Origin: Podarcis liolepis | Taxonomy: Eukaryota | Assembly: GCA_965112155.1 (NCBI GenBank) | Contig: OZ218098.1 | Reading direction: 5' to 3' (one strand) | DNA: 64,000 nt | Shown: positions 52,104 to 64,000 of the stretch, one piece after another | Layout: the number at the start of each line of letters is the position of its first letter | How positions within the stretch are numbered: the stretch's first letter is position 1 | Notes under the pieces: generated by a model | What the model saw: the letters and a program-made list of their open reading frames with translations, nothing else | The model's database searches: none | Told to the model about the DNA's origin: nothing | Made by a program: the position numbers and the translations under genes

Positions 52104-52285
52104 ATGTCCATGATCCTGTCTGCCTCGGTGGTCCGTGTGAGAGATGGACTCCCTCTATCTGCTTCTACTGATTATGAGCAAAACGTTGGTGTGCAGGAGT
52201 GCCAAAAATACTTCAAAACTATTGCAAAGAGACTTTCTCACCTTCCTGACAGATGCACACTTCATGCAGGACTGTATAACCTAAA
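52104..52285 (+). CDS. SEC22A: SEC22A coding exon 1 (exon starts at 52082), longin domain N-terminus
   Basis: [60 protein letters not shown] matches the SEC22A N-terminus. Acceptor ttctgtttcAG ends at 52081, donor GTaagt at 52286. 182 coding nt. Confidence 0.97.
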
Positions 52286-52525
52286 GTAAGTTTTATTTGG
52301 GATTTTATCTTGTTTTTATCTTGTTTCACATACAACTGTTGGCTGCTATAATAGGGAGTGAAACAACTATTTGCTTTGGGGGGGGAACTAGGTTAGCTTT
52401 AAATGATGATGTATTTTCATAAATCTTAAATATGAAGGCATTTGTACAACTGCTTCATTCCTCATATATGTACGCACATAAATTGTAGTAATCCTCAGAG
52501 ATCCTGTTTTGCATTCCACTGCCAT

Positions 52526-52790
52526 GAGCCAGGGCCTTTTTGGTGGCAGCATCTCAACTGTGGAACTCCCTCCCAAAGAAGGTTAGACTGGCCCCATCTC
52601 TGATATCTTTAAAACAAGAGGTTAAGACATTTTTCTTCTGCCAGTCTTCTAGTTATTTTAAATTTGTCTGTTCAGATCCCCATTTTTGTGGGGAGAGGAG
52701 AATCTGTTTTATGTAGCTCTTCAATGCTCCCCAGTTTTTAATTGTAATGAAATTTTAATTGTTATAAATACAGTAAAATAAATATTGTTT
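52526..52790 (+). mobile_element. L2-type LINE 3' fragment
   Basis: AGGGCCTTTTTGGTGGCAGCATCTCAACTGTGGAACTCCCTCCC translates RAFLVAASQLWNSLP. Confidence 0.7.
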
Positions 52791-52800
52791 CAGTATTGCT

Positions 52801-53105
52801 TAATAATAATAATAACAATAACAATAATTTGCATCCCGCCTATCTTACTGGGTTGTCCCAGCCCCTCTGGGTGGCTTCCAGCACATATAAAAACACAGGA
52901 AAAGAGCTGCCTGCAGATGTCTCCTAAAATATATATAATTACTCATCTTCTTGACATCTGGTGGGAGGGCATTTCACAGGGTGGGATCCACTACCGAGAA
53001 GGCCCTCTGCCTGTGGTTCCCTGTTGCTTCACTTCTTGCAGTGAGAGAACTGCCAGAAGGCCCTCGGTGCTGGATCTCAGTGTCCAGGCTGAACCATGTG
53101 GGTGG
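52801..53105 (-). mobile_element. L2-type LINE 3' fragment with (TTA)n tail, tail-to-tail with the previous element
   Basis: TAATAATAA tail, then GGGAGGGCATTTCACAG...CCGAGAAGGCCC (reverse of RAFSV...NALP). Confidence 0.75.
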
Positions 53106-54576
53106 ATATATAAGGCATATAACGGCAGACTAATCAGAAGGCAAATCAAGTGATTGTCTTGCTATAGTGACCTGACATAAACCCTAGTCTATCATAGGCA
53201 GCCAAGCCTTGGACTACCCTTCTGGAAACAGAGATGCTTTTCCTTTGAAGTGTTTATGAAATGAATCCAATGGGGCAAAATATGCTGTGAACACATGGTG
53301 GGAGCAGTAGTGTGATGTCATAGCACATTATGCCATTTTGTTCCATTGGTTGTTTACCTTTAGTTTTTGAAGCATATCAGTTGGGACTTCACCTGCTGAG
53401 AGTGTTGGGTCACTCCTGCCTATAGTTTTTCTTTCATTTTCCTACAGACTTCAATATATTTTGTGTCTAAGACCATGAGTTTGTTGGCAGTGCTTATTCT
53501 TTTTGTCCAATAGGTTATAGAAAAACCCAGCATGCCTTATGCACACCTAGATGGACTATGTTTATCTGGATTAAATTACAGCAGTGTACAGCAGCCATAA
53601 AACCATGTGTATCTTTAAGCTGAAAACATAAATTTCAAGCCTTTCTCGTTGCCTTCATTTTTCTTGTACCAAAACTATACTTTGGAATGGTTTATCTGAA
53701 ATGAGTTTGTTTGTGTGCTACAGTGTGTGTGTTTCATGATCTTAATAATTAAGTGGGCCCTAGACCAAATGGGGAATGAATTATTTGTAAGTAGATGCAA
53801 ATGGAGTTGGGGAAAGAATCAATAGTCACAGTTCAAAATTAGGTAATTCATATTATTATCTGATGTGTACATTTCTGGCACTGACCTTTATAAACAAACT
53901 TCCCTAAGTACTCTTGATAAATCTCTGATGTTTAGTATATCAGTATATCAGTCTAATTATTTTTAAAGTGTCAGATGTACAGTATGTACCTAAAATTGTC
54001 CTAGAATTATTGTTTTGAAGGAATGATGAACTAATGCAGTGTTTTAACAGAATGTTTAATAAATAAAGAGTGTAAGCATATGCCAGAATTTCAATTAGAT
54101 CTGGGGAGTTTTCCAGCTTCTGATGAGTTCCTTTAATGCCATCACTGAATACTGACGAAGAAGCATCATTGCTAGGGCACGATTTCATTCTCTGGCTCAT
54201 AAAGATAATTCTGAAGAGCTTTTTCGTTTTGGGTTTTGGAATGAAGATGTCCTTTTATGTACAACCAATAATTAAAACATTCAGAGGTTAAAGAGGAGAA
54301 GGCCACCTGCCCTCTTTGATCTGTTTCCTTCTTCCCACTTTAGAGAGGAAAAATTCTCATACTCTTCTGCTTTTTACTTGTGGTGGGACACACCCGGGAC
54401 CTTTTCCTCTTGAAAACAATGTTACAATTTCTCATGAATATTGATGATTTCATTACACTCAGAGCCATTTTTCTTGTTCTTACAGCACAGAGAGCTGCTC
54501 TAGTCAAGCTGTAGATGCATGAATTTAATTCTGAAACATTAAACACATTTTAAAATGTTTTTGTTTTGTTTTGTAG

Positions 54577-54740
54577 TTTTATTAGTTCCTTGGGAGTGAG
54601 TTACATGATGCTCTGCACTGAAAATTACCCCAGTGTCTTGGCCTTCTGTTTCCTGGATGAGCTTCAAAAGGAGTTCATCACCACATACAACATGATGAAG
54701 ACAAATACAGCTGTTAGACCATACTGTTTCATTGAGTTCG
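54577..54740 (+). CDS. SEC22A: SEC22A coding exon 2
   Basis: ttttgtAG acceptor, GTaaag donor, 164 nt: (N)[54 protein letters not shown]. Phases are compatible on both sides. Confidence 0.97.
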
Positions 54741-54786
54741 GTAAAGAGGATTCACCACTTTCTTTAATGATGGACTTGTTTTAGAT

Positions 54787-55075
54787 CTTATATATATATA
54801 ACTGTAACATAACTTTCTACCCCAAAGTGTTCAAGGTGGCTTACAAAAAGCTTTTTTATTATTATTACTCAGCTGACACAATAAAATTAACAGTTAAAAT
54901 CTAAACATAACCACATAACTAAACATGAGCCACAAACCTTTACTGTGATATATAGCCCATTCTTCCAGCACCTTACAAAGAAAAAGAGAGCTTTCACCTG
55001 TTTAATGACATTTTGAAGCGGTGGGTTTAGGTAGGTCTACCTAGGAAGGGAGCCAGAAGTGATGCCACAACTAGG
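54787..55075 (-). mobile_element. Degraded L2-type 3' fragment
   Basis: CCCAAAGTGTTCAAGGTGGCTTACA tail motif and a GGAAGGGAG..GCCACAAC.GGAAGG body remnant. Confidence 0.45.
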
Positions 55076-55762
55076 AAGGATTTTATTTTTTGGGTGGAAT
55101 CACAGGGTGGAATTCATTGTTGTGTTATGTATGAGATATGTTCTGTATGCAAGCATTTCAGCTTGCCAGATGCAACAGTCCCACCTCTCCTCCCCCTGTG
55201 TGCTGTGCTGGGGTTTCCCCCAATTTCTTAGATTCCAGATGCCCTAAGAATATGTTGAAAATGAAGAATCCTGTGGGCTTTCCCCTTTAAGCATGTATTT
55301 TGCTCTTACATATGTATAGTCGTATGCTTTTGTTGGGAAAGAAAGTTCATCATTATGGATGCTGTTAATTCTTATATTATGTGTGTCAAAGTAAAACAGG
55401 CTTGTTTTCAGAACAAGCTCTTCTTTATTTTGTAAGAATATATTCTGAATTGCATGAAAAGCTAAACAAAATGCAATTCATTAATTATATTAGCCCTACT
55501 TTCAGGCTTGTCAGTGCATGAGTCATTAGTTTATTTATAATTAGATTTCTAGCGCTTAATTTTTTGGTGCTGCAAAATTAATTAGCCCATGATATATTAG
55601 TTATAAAGTAGCAACAATATTAAAACCTTCCACAATGGATGTAAGAATTCCAAATAATGAATTTAAATGTGTCTCAGAGACTTATATTGCCCATAAAGCC
55701 ATGGGGTCTCAGATGATTTTATTAACATATGTCTAAGGGGGTTTTGTTTTAATTTTACACAG

Positions 55763-55957
55763 ATAATTTCATTCAGAGAACCAAGCAGAGATATAACAAC
55801 CCACGGTCTCTGTCGACAAAGATAAACCTTGCTGACATGCAGACAGAAATCAGGCTGAGACCACCTTATCAAATTTCCTTGTCTGAATTGGGTTCAGCCA
55901 ATGGGTATCCACATGTACCTCTTCCAGAATACAAAGGTACTGGGAAAATATCTACAG
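55763..55957 (+). CDS. SEC22A: SEC22A coding exon 3
   Basis: ttttacacAG acceptor, GTgagt donor, 195 nt: (D)[64 protein letters not shown]. Confidence 0.96.
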
Positions 55958-58045
55958 GTGAGTTTGTTTCCTTAAACATAATTTTGCTTGGAAGGTTCAA
56001 AACTGGAACAATTTGCTTATACCAGTCTTGTAAATCTTGGGACCAAACTAGATGTCATTCTTGTTGTTTAGCCTGTCTTAAAATAAAATAAATGGCCATT
56101 GCAATGGGCCTATTCCGGATCAGGAGTGTGGCATGGAGAGACTACTTTAACCCTTTGCCCCTGCTGCTTTCCTGATTAGAATCTCTCCCACCCACAACAC
56201 AGCACCTTCAGTTTGCAGTGAGAGGAAAGGTCCCATTGTTTCCCTCAAGGTCAAATGACATGTCTAATTTGATCCTAAAATTTTGCTAAATCTGAGGTCT
56301 TGCTAATGGCTCCACCATATTATTCCACTCTTGTAACAATCAACAAGCTTGAATTTGTTACTATAAGTAAAAAGCCACTGCAAAATTTCACTTGTCTCTA
56401 GAATACGTGATTCTGGATTAGAACGATGGACATGAATGTAGGGAGGAAGCCAGTCTCTATTTAACTTTGAAGCTCACTGAGGTTTGATGGAATTGTTATC
56501 TCATATAATCTGTTTATTCTGACATGTTTGTTTTAGAGTAAAATGCATGTAGAATAGAAATCTGTAATTTTAAAAAAACATGTTTCTTCCAAACAACAGC
56601 TAAGCTGTGCACAGATTAGTGTGTTCCTTCCAGAGTTTGGAAACAGTGATGCTCACACAGTCTAGTTTTCTTCTTCTGGAGAAATTCCCTTTGTCGCTGC
56701 TGTGCTTTCTCTGACTTTATGAACTGCTTTGGAGAGCCTTTTTCTGCTGCAGCTGTTCAATGCAAACAACATGGAATGACACCCCTCTCAATATTAATGT
56801 TCCAGCTCATTAACTTCATTGTTGGCACCTTTACACTTCACTGATTTAAACAGAATGATTTAAATATGGTTCAGTAACCTCATTGTCACTCTCTCTGCGT
56901 TGCCTAGACTACTGTGGATTTTGCCCTGTTTTTTCATATTCATTTTCTGTCACTTGTTGCGGAATAGCACAGTAACTGCTTGTACACACATTCACTATGA
57001 ATTGGCAGACATTTGTGTGTACCGTTGGCTCTCCAGTAGCACCGATGAATGTCTGCATAAATGCTTACGTTCAGCCACCTCCTCCGCATCTTTTAGCGTC
57101 AGTATAGTTTGTAAGAGAATTGTGCAGTGGGCCCCTCTGTGGATTTGCCAGTGAAGCTAGAAGTTATCATACTTAGCCTACCTCTCCTTCTGCTTCACAG
57201 TGCCCCATTTAGCAAATACACTAAGGCACTAAGCCTATGTACATTTACTTGGGAGGAAGTCCATTAGGATCAATTGGACTTCCTTGTGAGAAACAAAGGA
57301 GTGTCTGATTAAGGGGCTAAAAGTGCTGGAGAAGGATAAACTGACAATAGTTTTTGGAAGACTTAGGAGATGAATGGATCCCATTCATTGCCTCCTAGAA
57401 TACCAATTATTGGTATATTACTTTTCATTTTTTTTTAAATCCACATTGCTGTCATTTAAAAATATGGAAAAGGATCAGGCTGTCAACTTCTGTGCACTTA
57501 CTTATTTGCAAATAAGTACCATTGAGCTCCTACCTCTGAGTAAGCATGTTTAGGATCAGCTATAAATCATTCATTGAGAGCTGTAACTTATGCATTAGTA
57601 GAGCAGAAAAGCAAACTCTGAGAGCCCTATTTCAAGGGTGAGACTTAACTACTCAGTAGCTAATTTCACCAGCTAGTTCTACATTGTGGAAATTTACAGC
57701 TGTGCTGTAATCCAAGCCTAATACTGAAGAACTTGAGTGCATTCGTTCAAAACTTATTTTTAACCAGGCCTTGGAGAGTTTCAGTTTTTGCTCATGCAAA
57801 ATATATTTTTTTCCAATGTGCTCTGAGAGTTATGCTTCTTCAGCTTGCTGTTATATATTCTCTAAACAAGTACTCAGTTTAAAATAAATGAAAAAGGAGT
57901 CTCTTAAGCTTATGAGTATTTTCTCATTTAAGTTACAGAATCTTGAGCAGGAAGTCACTGAAAAATAGCATTAACATTTTTGGCTCAAATATTAAGGAAC
58001 ACATCTTTAAATATTTATAAGTGTTTTTTCCCCTCTGCCTTCCAG

Positions 58046-58164
58046 CCCCTCACCAGCGACTGGAACCTGTGACTCTGTCAGGGATTGTTTCCTTTCTACT
58101 CAGCCTTTTATGTGGGGCTTTGAATTTAATTCGTGGTTTTCATGCCATAGAGAGTCTTCTGCAG
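58046..58164 (+). CDS. SEC22A: SEC22A coding exon 4 (first transmembrane segment)
   Basis: ctctgccttccAG acceptor, GTactg donor, 119 nt: (A)[39 protein letters not shown]. Confidence 0.95.
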
Positions 58165-59015
58165 GTACTGTAGCAATGTTTATGACTTTGTAGCAGGGAA
58201 AAACAAAAGCCCAGTCTTTGAAGACCTACCTATCAATTTCTTTTTTAAAAATGCTCTTGCAATAAGTGATAGAGTTAAATCACTCTCTGAATATTGTTTG
58301 GATAAGGAGAAACCCCTCTTTTCCCACAGAGGGCTGGCAACTATGGCCTGAAGGCTGGGTTTGTCCTTCTGAGCTAAGCTGTTTGACATCTCAGCTGGTG
58401 GAGCAATATATCTTTCTGTTACTGACATGTTTCAGACCTGTGTTGCTAGCTTTTTTTTTGTAGGGAAGCTAAGCCACTAGAGAAGTCCAGAATGTTTCAC
58501 ATGTAGACTTTAATAAGATTCTTTGAGTTGGTCTAGCTATTAAACTTTACAACAGAAGTAGGTTTTCCCTGGTGTGTTTCTGACCACCCCATCATTTCTG
58601 GGCCGTTTACATGGTGAGCTTGCCTGCCTGCTGTGGATGTCAACGACATTCATTGCTGGTGGTGGGGGAAGCTCTCAGTGTGATAGCGCTGAATCATGTG
58701 ACAGGTTGTTTGGGGACAAGCAGCTTTCTGTGGGGATGTTGATCCACATGGCCAGTGAATTGTTCTCTTGCATCAGGGAAATCCATGATGGAGTACCTTC
58801 TCTCAGTGAATCCCTTTAGAACACAGGATTGCTGCAAATACTCTCTGTATTGAGAGGATCATAGAAAGATGACGAGAAAAGGATCTGGGAAGTTCTACTG
58901 TTCACTTACAGCAATCCAAGCTAAAGCTCTGGATGCACTAGTTAAAACTGTTCTTTCCTATGTTCTCCACTCTGGGGAAATGTTTTGGAGGACTGCACTA
59001 CACATTGGGAGCTCC

Positions 59016-59133
59016 TAGAATCATAGAGTTGGAAGGGTCTCAGAGGATTCTAGGCCAACCCCCTGCAATGCAGAAATTTGCAGCTGGGCCTTATGGGCGT
59101 TATCAGCTCCATGTTCTAACCAGCTGAGCTAAA
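59016..59133 (-). mobile_element. tRNA-Ile-like SINE with CR1 3' tail (internally deleted)
   Basis: Reverse strand TAGCTCAGCTGGTTAGAACATGGAGCTGATAACGCC resembles the tRNA-Ile 5' half, followed by CTGCATTGCAGGGGGTTGG...CCCTTCCAACTCTATGATTCTA. Confidence 0.7.
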
Positions 59134-60512
59134 TGGCAGGTGTGATTTCTAGTCCCATTTCAGATGAATTGCATCACTTTTTCTTTTCAATTCAAATGTA
59201 AATGTTTTCAGTGAAATTTAAAATACACTTTTGAAAAGTCATTTTGAACTGCACACACTATTCTGGATTTCTCTTCTGGCACAGGATACTAAATTATAAT
59301 ATAATACGAAAGTAATATATGAATGTTATTACTACCCATGCAACGGTTATAACAAATGAGATGTCCTTGAGGTCTTGTTTCATTTTTCAATATTCCACTA
59401 AGCATGTAACATAAAGTTATATTGACTTGTGCTCTATAATTGCCCACAGATTACAGTTAGAAATTACACCTTCCCCATTATCATTGAAGAACCTTCTGAT
59501 TTGCATGCAATTCTAGTCTTTATTGTTCTTCCTTTTGAAAGTGGTCTTCAACAGCCATTGTTGTCTTTTCATTTTCTCATAAGGAACTCATATTTCAGTT
59601 AAGAAATAGTGTGCTGCTTGTGTGTAACAATTGCTTTTGTTATGTGCACACATGTTCTGGGAAGTCAGGATTTCTGTAATGTGAGAAACAAACCAAAATC
59701 CATTGGAACCCGTATCTCCCAGATCCAAAGCTCCTGCTCATACAACTGTTAGATATTACAACTTAAGGAAAGTATATCGCATAATATTTAGCTGCCATCT
59801 GTGTAAACACTGCTTTGTGGGATTTCTTCACTACCAGTTTACTTTTTACTTTGCAGGAGCTGAGCACCATCTAGTGGATGCATGTGATGGCAGCAGATCA
59901 GTCTCTTTAAATGTTGATCTGTGGCTATTGCTGAAAACGGGCTGGACATTTTGTTTGTTTTAAGAGAAAAAGGGGCACATTTGTGAGAGATGCTAAGGCC
60001 CTACACCAGCTTTCCTCTTCATAGTCTGTCTCCTGAATTTTTATTTCCAAGTGTTTCTACTTAGTCTGGCTAGAGAAAAATCAAGATTGGCAGGGACAGG
60101 CTGCAGGGAGATAAAAAATGGATGGGGGAAGGAGTTTAGCACTTGTCACCCATGTACCCCATTTGCTCTTAAAATGAGATCTCTGCTGATCTGCATTTAA
60201 AGAGAGGAAGAGTTTTTCCCCAATGATTGCTGTTGTACATTGAAAAAAAAGTGGTCCAGTGGGAATATTTCAGATACCAATTTCAGTAAATGCAGAATAA
60301 CATTAATTTGATGGTGAACAGATGGCAATACTCACTTGTATTTTGCTAAATGAATTTAGACATACCTATTTAGCTATTATTACTTAAGCAATGCAGTTAA
60401 ATGTGTTTTACTGCCTTGCATTTATCATGACCTAAGTGCTGGCTGCTTGGCTGACACTGGGACCAGTTGTGCAACTTCTGTTACTAAATAAGGACACCAA
60501 TTGTTTCCCCAG

Positions 60513-60578
60513 AACGACAGAGAGGACCTCAGCTATGTTATTGCCTTTTTCCTCGGCACAGCAGCTTGTTTATATCAG
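60513..60578 (+). CDS. SEC22A: SEC22A coding exon 5
   Basis: tgtttccccAG acceptor, GTagga donor, 66 nt: [22 protein letters not shown]. Confidence 0.95.
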
Positions 60579-61499
60579 GTAGGATCTTCCTCTTACAAGT
60601 CTGAATGATTTCTTAAAAGTTGTAATCCCTTTCTGACTTAGGGTATGTTGTATCATACCTTGTGAGTCCAAAATTAAATGAGTGTAAATAGATTTATTTC
60701 AAAGTTTCCTTCTGAGTTCGGTTGGTAGTGGGTGAACTGTACTGCAACTCTAGTTTAGTCTTTCTGGACATTTTTGGACATGTTAGAATCAAGTTATAAA
60801 CTCAAACAAAAAAGCACCTGGTCCCAGGTGGAGGCCCCTGGCTAAGACCCTGAGGCTCAGTGTACCTGGCCACCCACACCCTCTGCACAGGCCTGCTGAA
60901 AATTTCTGTATTTTCATTAATGATTTTATGGCCATGCAGTAAACAGATAAGCTTATTATGCTAACTTTCCTGAGAGAGCATATTGTATCTTCTTAGTGGA
61001 GATATTTGTTGCTTCAGGTAATATTTAATCAAAATAGCTGGTAACAGGCAGCTTACTTTCAGCTGCTGTGGTATTTTATTTATTTTAAATATTTATTATT
61101 ATTTTTAAAGGGTTATACAAGATTCATATGGCTCATAGAAGACTCTTGTGTAGACTTCAACTGCATCTCCAAGATGCAGGGGGCTGGGACAGATGTTCAG
61201 AAATTGGATCGTACCTCTACCTGTGGTAGGGTTGTACTAGAGTGCACAAATTTTGGGCAACGGTAATTTGATAAGATATTAAAATGCCACAGCAAATGGT
61301 AGATTTAAATTGAAAGCCATAGCTTTTGTCAAGGGAGCTCACACTGTGGAGGTAACATTTGCACTCCCCTTCTTACCTTTGTTGAGTGGAAAGGTATGAA
61401 AGGAGTCTCTTGGCACATTAGCTGGATGCCGCTTGCTATAGAAATATGAGAAAATGCAACTGGTTACTTACATCTTTGTGACTTTTTTCCCCTTTGCAG

Positions 61500-61700
61500 T
61501 GCTATCTGTTTGTGTATTGCACAGGCTGGCGGAACATCAAATCCTTCCTAAGTTTTGGCTTAATCTGCCTATGCAACATGTATCTCTATGAACTACGCAA
61601 CCTCTGGCAGATCTTTTTTCATGTGACTGTGAGCGCTTTTTCAACGTTACAGATCCGACTGAGGCAGCCACAAGGGAAGGCCCCTGATTACAATGTGTGA
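61500..61700 (+). CDS. SEC22A: SEC22A terminal coding exon
   Basis: ttttttcccctttgcAG acceptor, then 201 nt: [69 protein letters not shown]. The six exons total 927 nt, i.e. 308 aa plus stop. Confidence 0.97.
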   Translation, partial: CYLFVYCTGWRNIKSFLSFGLICLCNMYLYELRNLWQIFFHVTVSAFSTLQIRLRQPQGKAPDYNV

Positions 61701-62044
61701 TGGTTGTCCTCCAGCAAGTCTCAAGGCAAACTTGATCCAAGCCGTATTCCTCTCAGGAATGAAACACTTTTCTGCAAGACAGACGCTTCCCATAGTCTAG
61801 GGCATTAATGACAGAGAAATTCTTCTTCAAAGAAGAGCTGGAAATGGTTCAGGACCCTGTTGCCGGACAAATGAAAACCCTGTGCAGGAGAATGTACCTC
61901 AAGGGCAATGTGAGAAGTTTGGAGGGGCAGCATGAAAATTCCACATCCAGAAGTATGAAAATGGCAAGGAGCTTGTTCTGCATATCAAGTGATTCCTTCA
62001 GTCCCATACCAGGTTTGCCTTTGTGAGATAGTAGAAAAGGCTGA

Positions 62045-62050
62045 AATAAA
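62045..62050 (+). terminator. Candidate proximal SEC22A poly(A) signal
   Basis: AATAAA about 345 nt after the stop codon. Confidence 0.5.
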
Positions 62051-63052
62051 AGGATGGTGTTGCATATTAACAAACTGTTCAATATGAATGAATTTCTAAA
62101 TGTGAGATTATTGGATGCACATAAGTTTAATGGTGTGTGTCTGCATTTTCCTTAATTAAAATCTAACCCAGAACCATCTGTTCATGGGGATTAGTTCCTG
62201 GGCCCCAAAGGCCTACCATCTAGTGCAGTGCTCATTCTGAATTGCTTTGTTTCTACCCCTCCCCAACTACTTCTGTGTAATTTGCTTTGAAAGAAATTTG
62301 GAAAGTGACCTCTCTCTTCTGCAGCCCCAATAGCAATCTCTAATGCTTTTCTCTAATGCTTGAAGGATGAAAAGAAGTTGACTAGCCTCATCTAGGAAAG
62401 AGCCTAACTTCTACTAATTTCAATTTAATTGTCTAAGAAAAACTGTTCTGGGAACAAAGGAAATTAAAAGTACTGGTTGTGGACAACAGATCTATTGTAG
62501 AAGAGGTGAGCAACCTGACAGAATCCTACAGTGGACCAAAATAGCCTGCCATCAGCAGACCAATGAGGGAGGGTGATGGTTATTCATTTCCACCCTCCTC
62601 TAACCCTCTGGAGCAGATTTTGGGATATCTGCAGGGAGAGAGATTGGGGGGGGGGGACACACACCCATGTTTCCTTCCCTATTCCATTGGTGGCCACCTT
62701 TGCTGACTCAATGAGCCTCTCTCATTTTTAGGATTATCACTGGATACAACCCTACTAATCTCACCTTAATGAGAAAAGTAAACCTGCTGGATTGCATTGC
62801 ATCCTGTATGTTAAGTAGCAGCCATGAGAACAAAATGCCTTCGCAATGAAGGTAGTTGCAGAAGTTTCCTCATGTACAGATAAAAGTTGTTCAGGGTTTG
62901 TGAGGATTTTAGCAGCTGGGGGTTCAAGAGATCTGTACTGTCAGCATCCACTGCCATTCTAAATGCACGTCAGTCATGAGATGAGGAAGCTTTTCTCCCA
63001 GAGACAAACTTAAGATTCAAGGGAAGCCTGTTCTATGTTTATGCTTGCATTT

Positions 63053-63058
63053 AATAAA
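63053..63058 (+). terminator. Candidate distal SEC22A poly(A) signal
   Basis: AATAAA about 1.35 kb after the stop. Usage unverified. Confidence 0.35.
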
Positions 63059-64000
63059 CTACAATCTACTCCCAGTGATCTAGGCACAAGCTTTCAGTGT
63101 GAAAACTTTCTGTAGAGATTCTAGCAAGAAAGCGACGATGCCAGACTGAAGTTCTATTGTCCTACCTACCACATCTCTAATGTTTCATGATTCTCCTAGT
63201 CTTTAATTGTAAGATGTCACCTACACAAAAGTGGTAGTTTTTTTCAGTAGGCAATAAGATTGTCTAGTCTTAGTTTTACTATGAATCCTAAGCTGCTTTA
63301 CGCATTACAATAACTTCTAAAGCATTATTTTGTAGGACAATACTGAGTAGGCAGAGACTACCCAATCAGTTTACTCCCACACGACTTGGAACACCCCTGC
63401 CCTCGAATTAGATGCTGTACCCCAGAAGTGGCTGACTGTTTTTGTCCCAGGAGCAATTTTCATTCTTGACTAACCTCTGGACAGTGGCCACCCAAAACCA
63501 TTGCATGCACACATAGGAACTCCCTCATCTACATAGATCAGCAGAGGAAGGGTTAATCACCCTCTCCCTGCTCATCAAATGATTGCTAGGGAGACTTGCA
63601 CCCACATCAGAGAGGTGAGCTCTACCCACTGTAGTGCTAGGTGTATTTTTTTCTTTCTGCCACTGCTGCCAAAATGGATGAAGCTTATGGGGGGGGGGTA
63701 GAGGCAGATCAGGCCCTAGATCTGGAGGTCAGACATTATTTTGAAACCACATGCAAGTAATGTGTAAAGTAGCCCAAGTATGTTTGTTGTAGACCCAAAT
63801 GTTAATAACGATACACACAAATTCTTCATTTATCATGATAGGCATACAAAGAGTCCTAAACTGGGTCTTCCAGTTGCCCTAGTTTAGTTGCTGTTCTTGT
63901 ATGTTATGTTTTCTTTACCTTCATGATAATTTAAAATATAAGTAAAGGAACTCCTCCTGCCAAACGAGGGAAAGACTCACTCTGCTTGCCATGGGACGCT

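Noticed and set aside
59703-59963. Extra SEC22A exon at the strong acceptor near 59856
   Set aside because: No convincing donor found, and the known exons already join in frame to a full-length protein.
61808-62026. 72-aa ORF downstream of SEC22A
   Set aside because: It lies in the presumed 3'UTR, has no recognisable homology, and its length is within chance expectation.
63993-64000. GGGACGC start of another Sauria SINE at the window edge
   Set aside because: Only 7-8 bases are visible, too few to support a call.

Overview
Eukaryotic, vertebrate DNA. The repeats (Sauria SINEs, CR1/L2 remnants, hAT and Tc1/mariner MITEs) point to a squamate reptile, probably a lacertid lizard (inference). 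Two intron-containing genes lie on the + strand. (1) The last three coding exons of PDIA5 (3577-3647, 19260-19394, 22704-22784) encode the third thioredoxin domain with the CPHC active site and end in KDEL-stop. (2) After about 20 kb of intergenic DNA comes a complete SEC22A: a CpG-island promoter and probable non-coding exon 1 at about 43.1-43.9 kb, then six coding exons from 52104 to 61700 that splice into a 927-nt, 308-aa ORF. The PDIA5-SEC22A order matches the arrangement I recall for human. The rest is introns and intergenic DNA with transposon relics, microsatellites and one very homogeneous 28-bp minisatellite. Nearly all ORFs in the supplied track are chance or TE-derived. I found no convincing novel protein-coding system. 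The best leads are regulatory and evolutionary: a predicted nested/overlapping uORF arrangement plus UPR- and MiT/TFE-type motifs at SEC22A, sister SINEs inverted around that promoter, two different tRNA heads on the same CR1 tail, and a composite MITE carrying a captured LINE tail.
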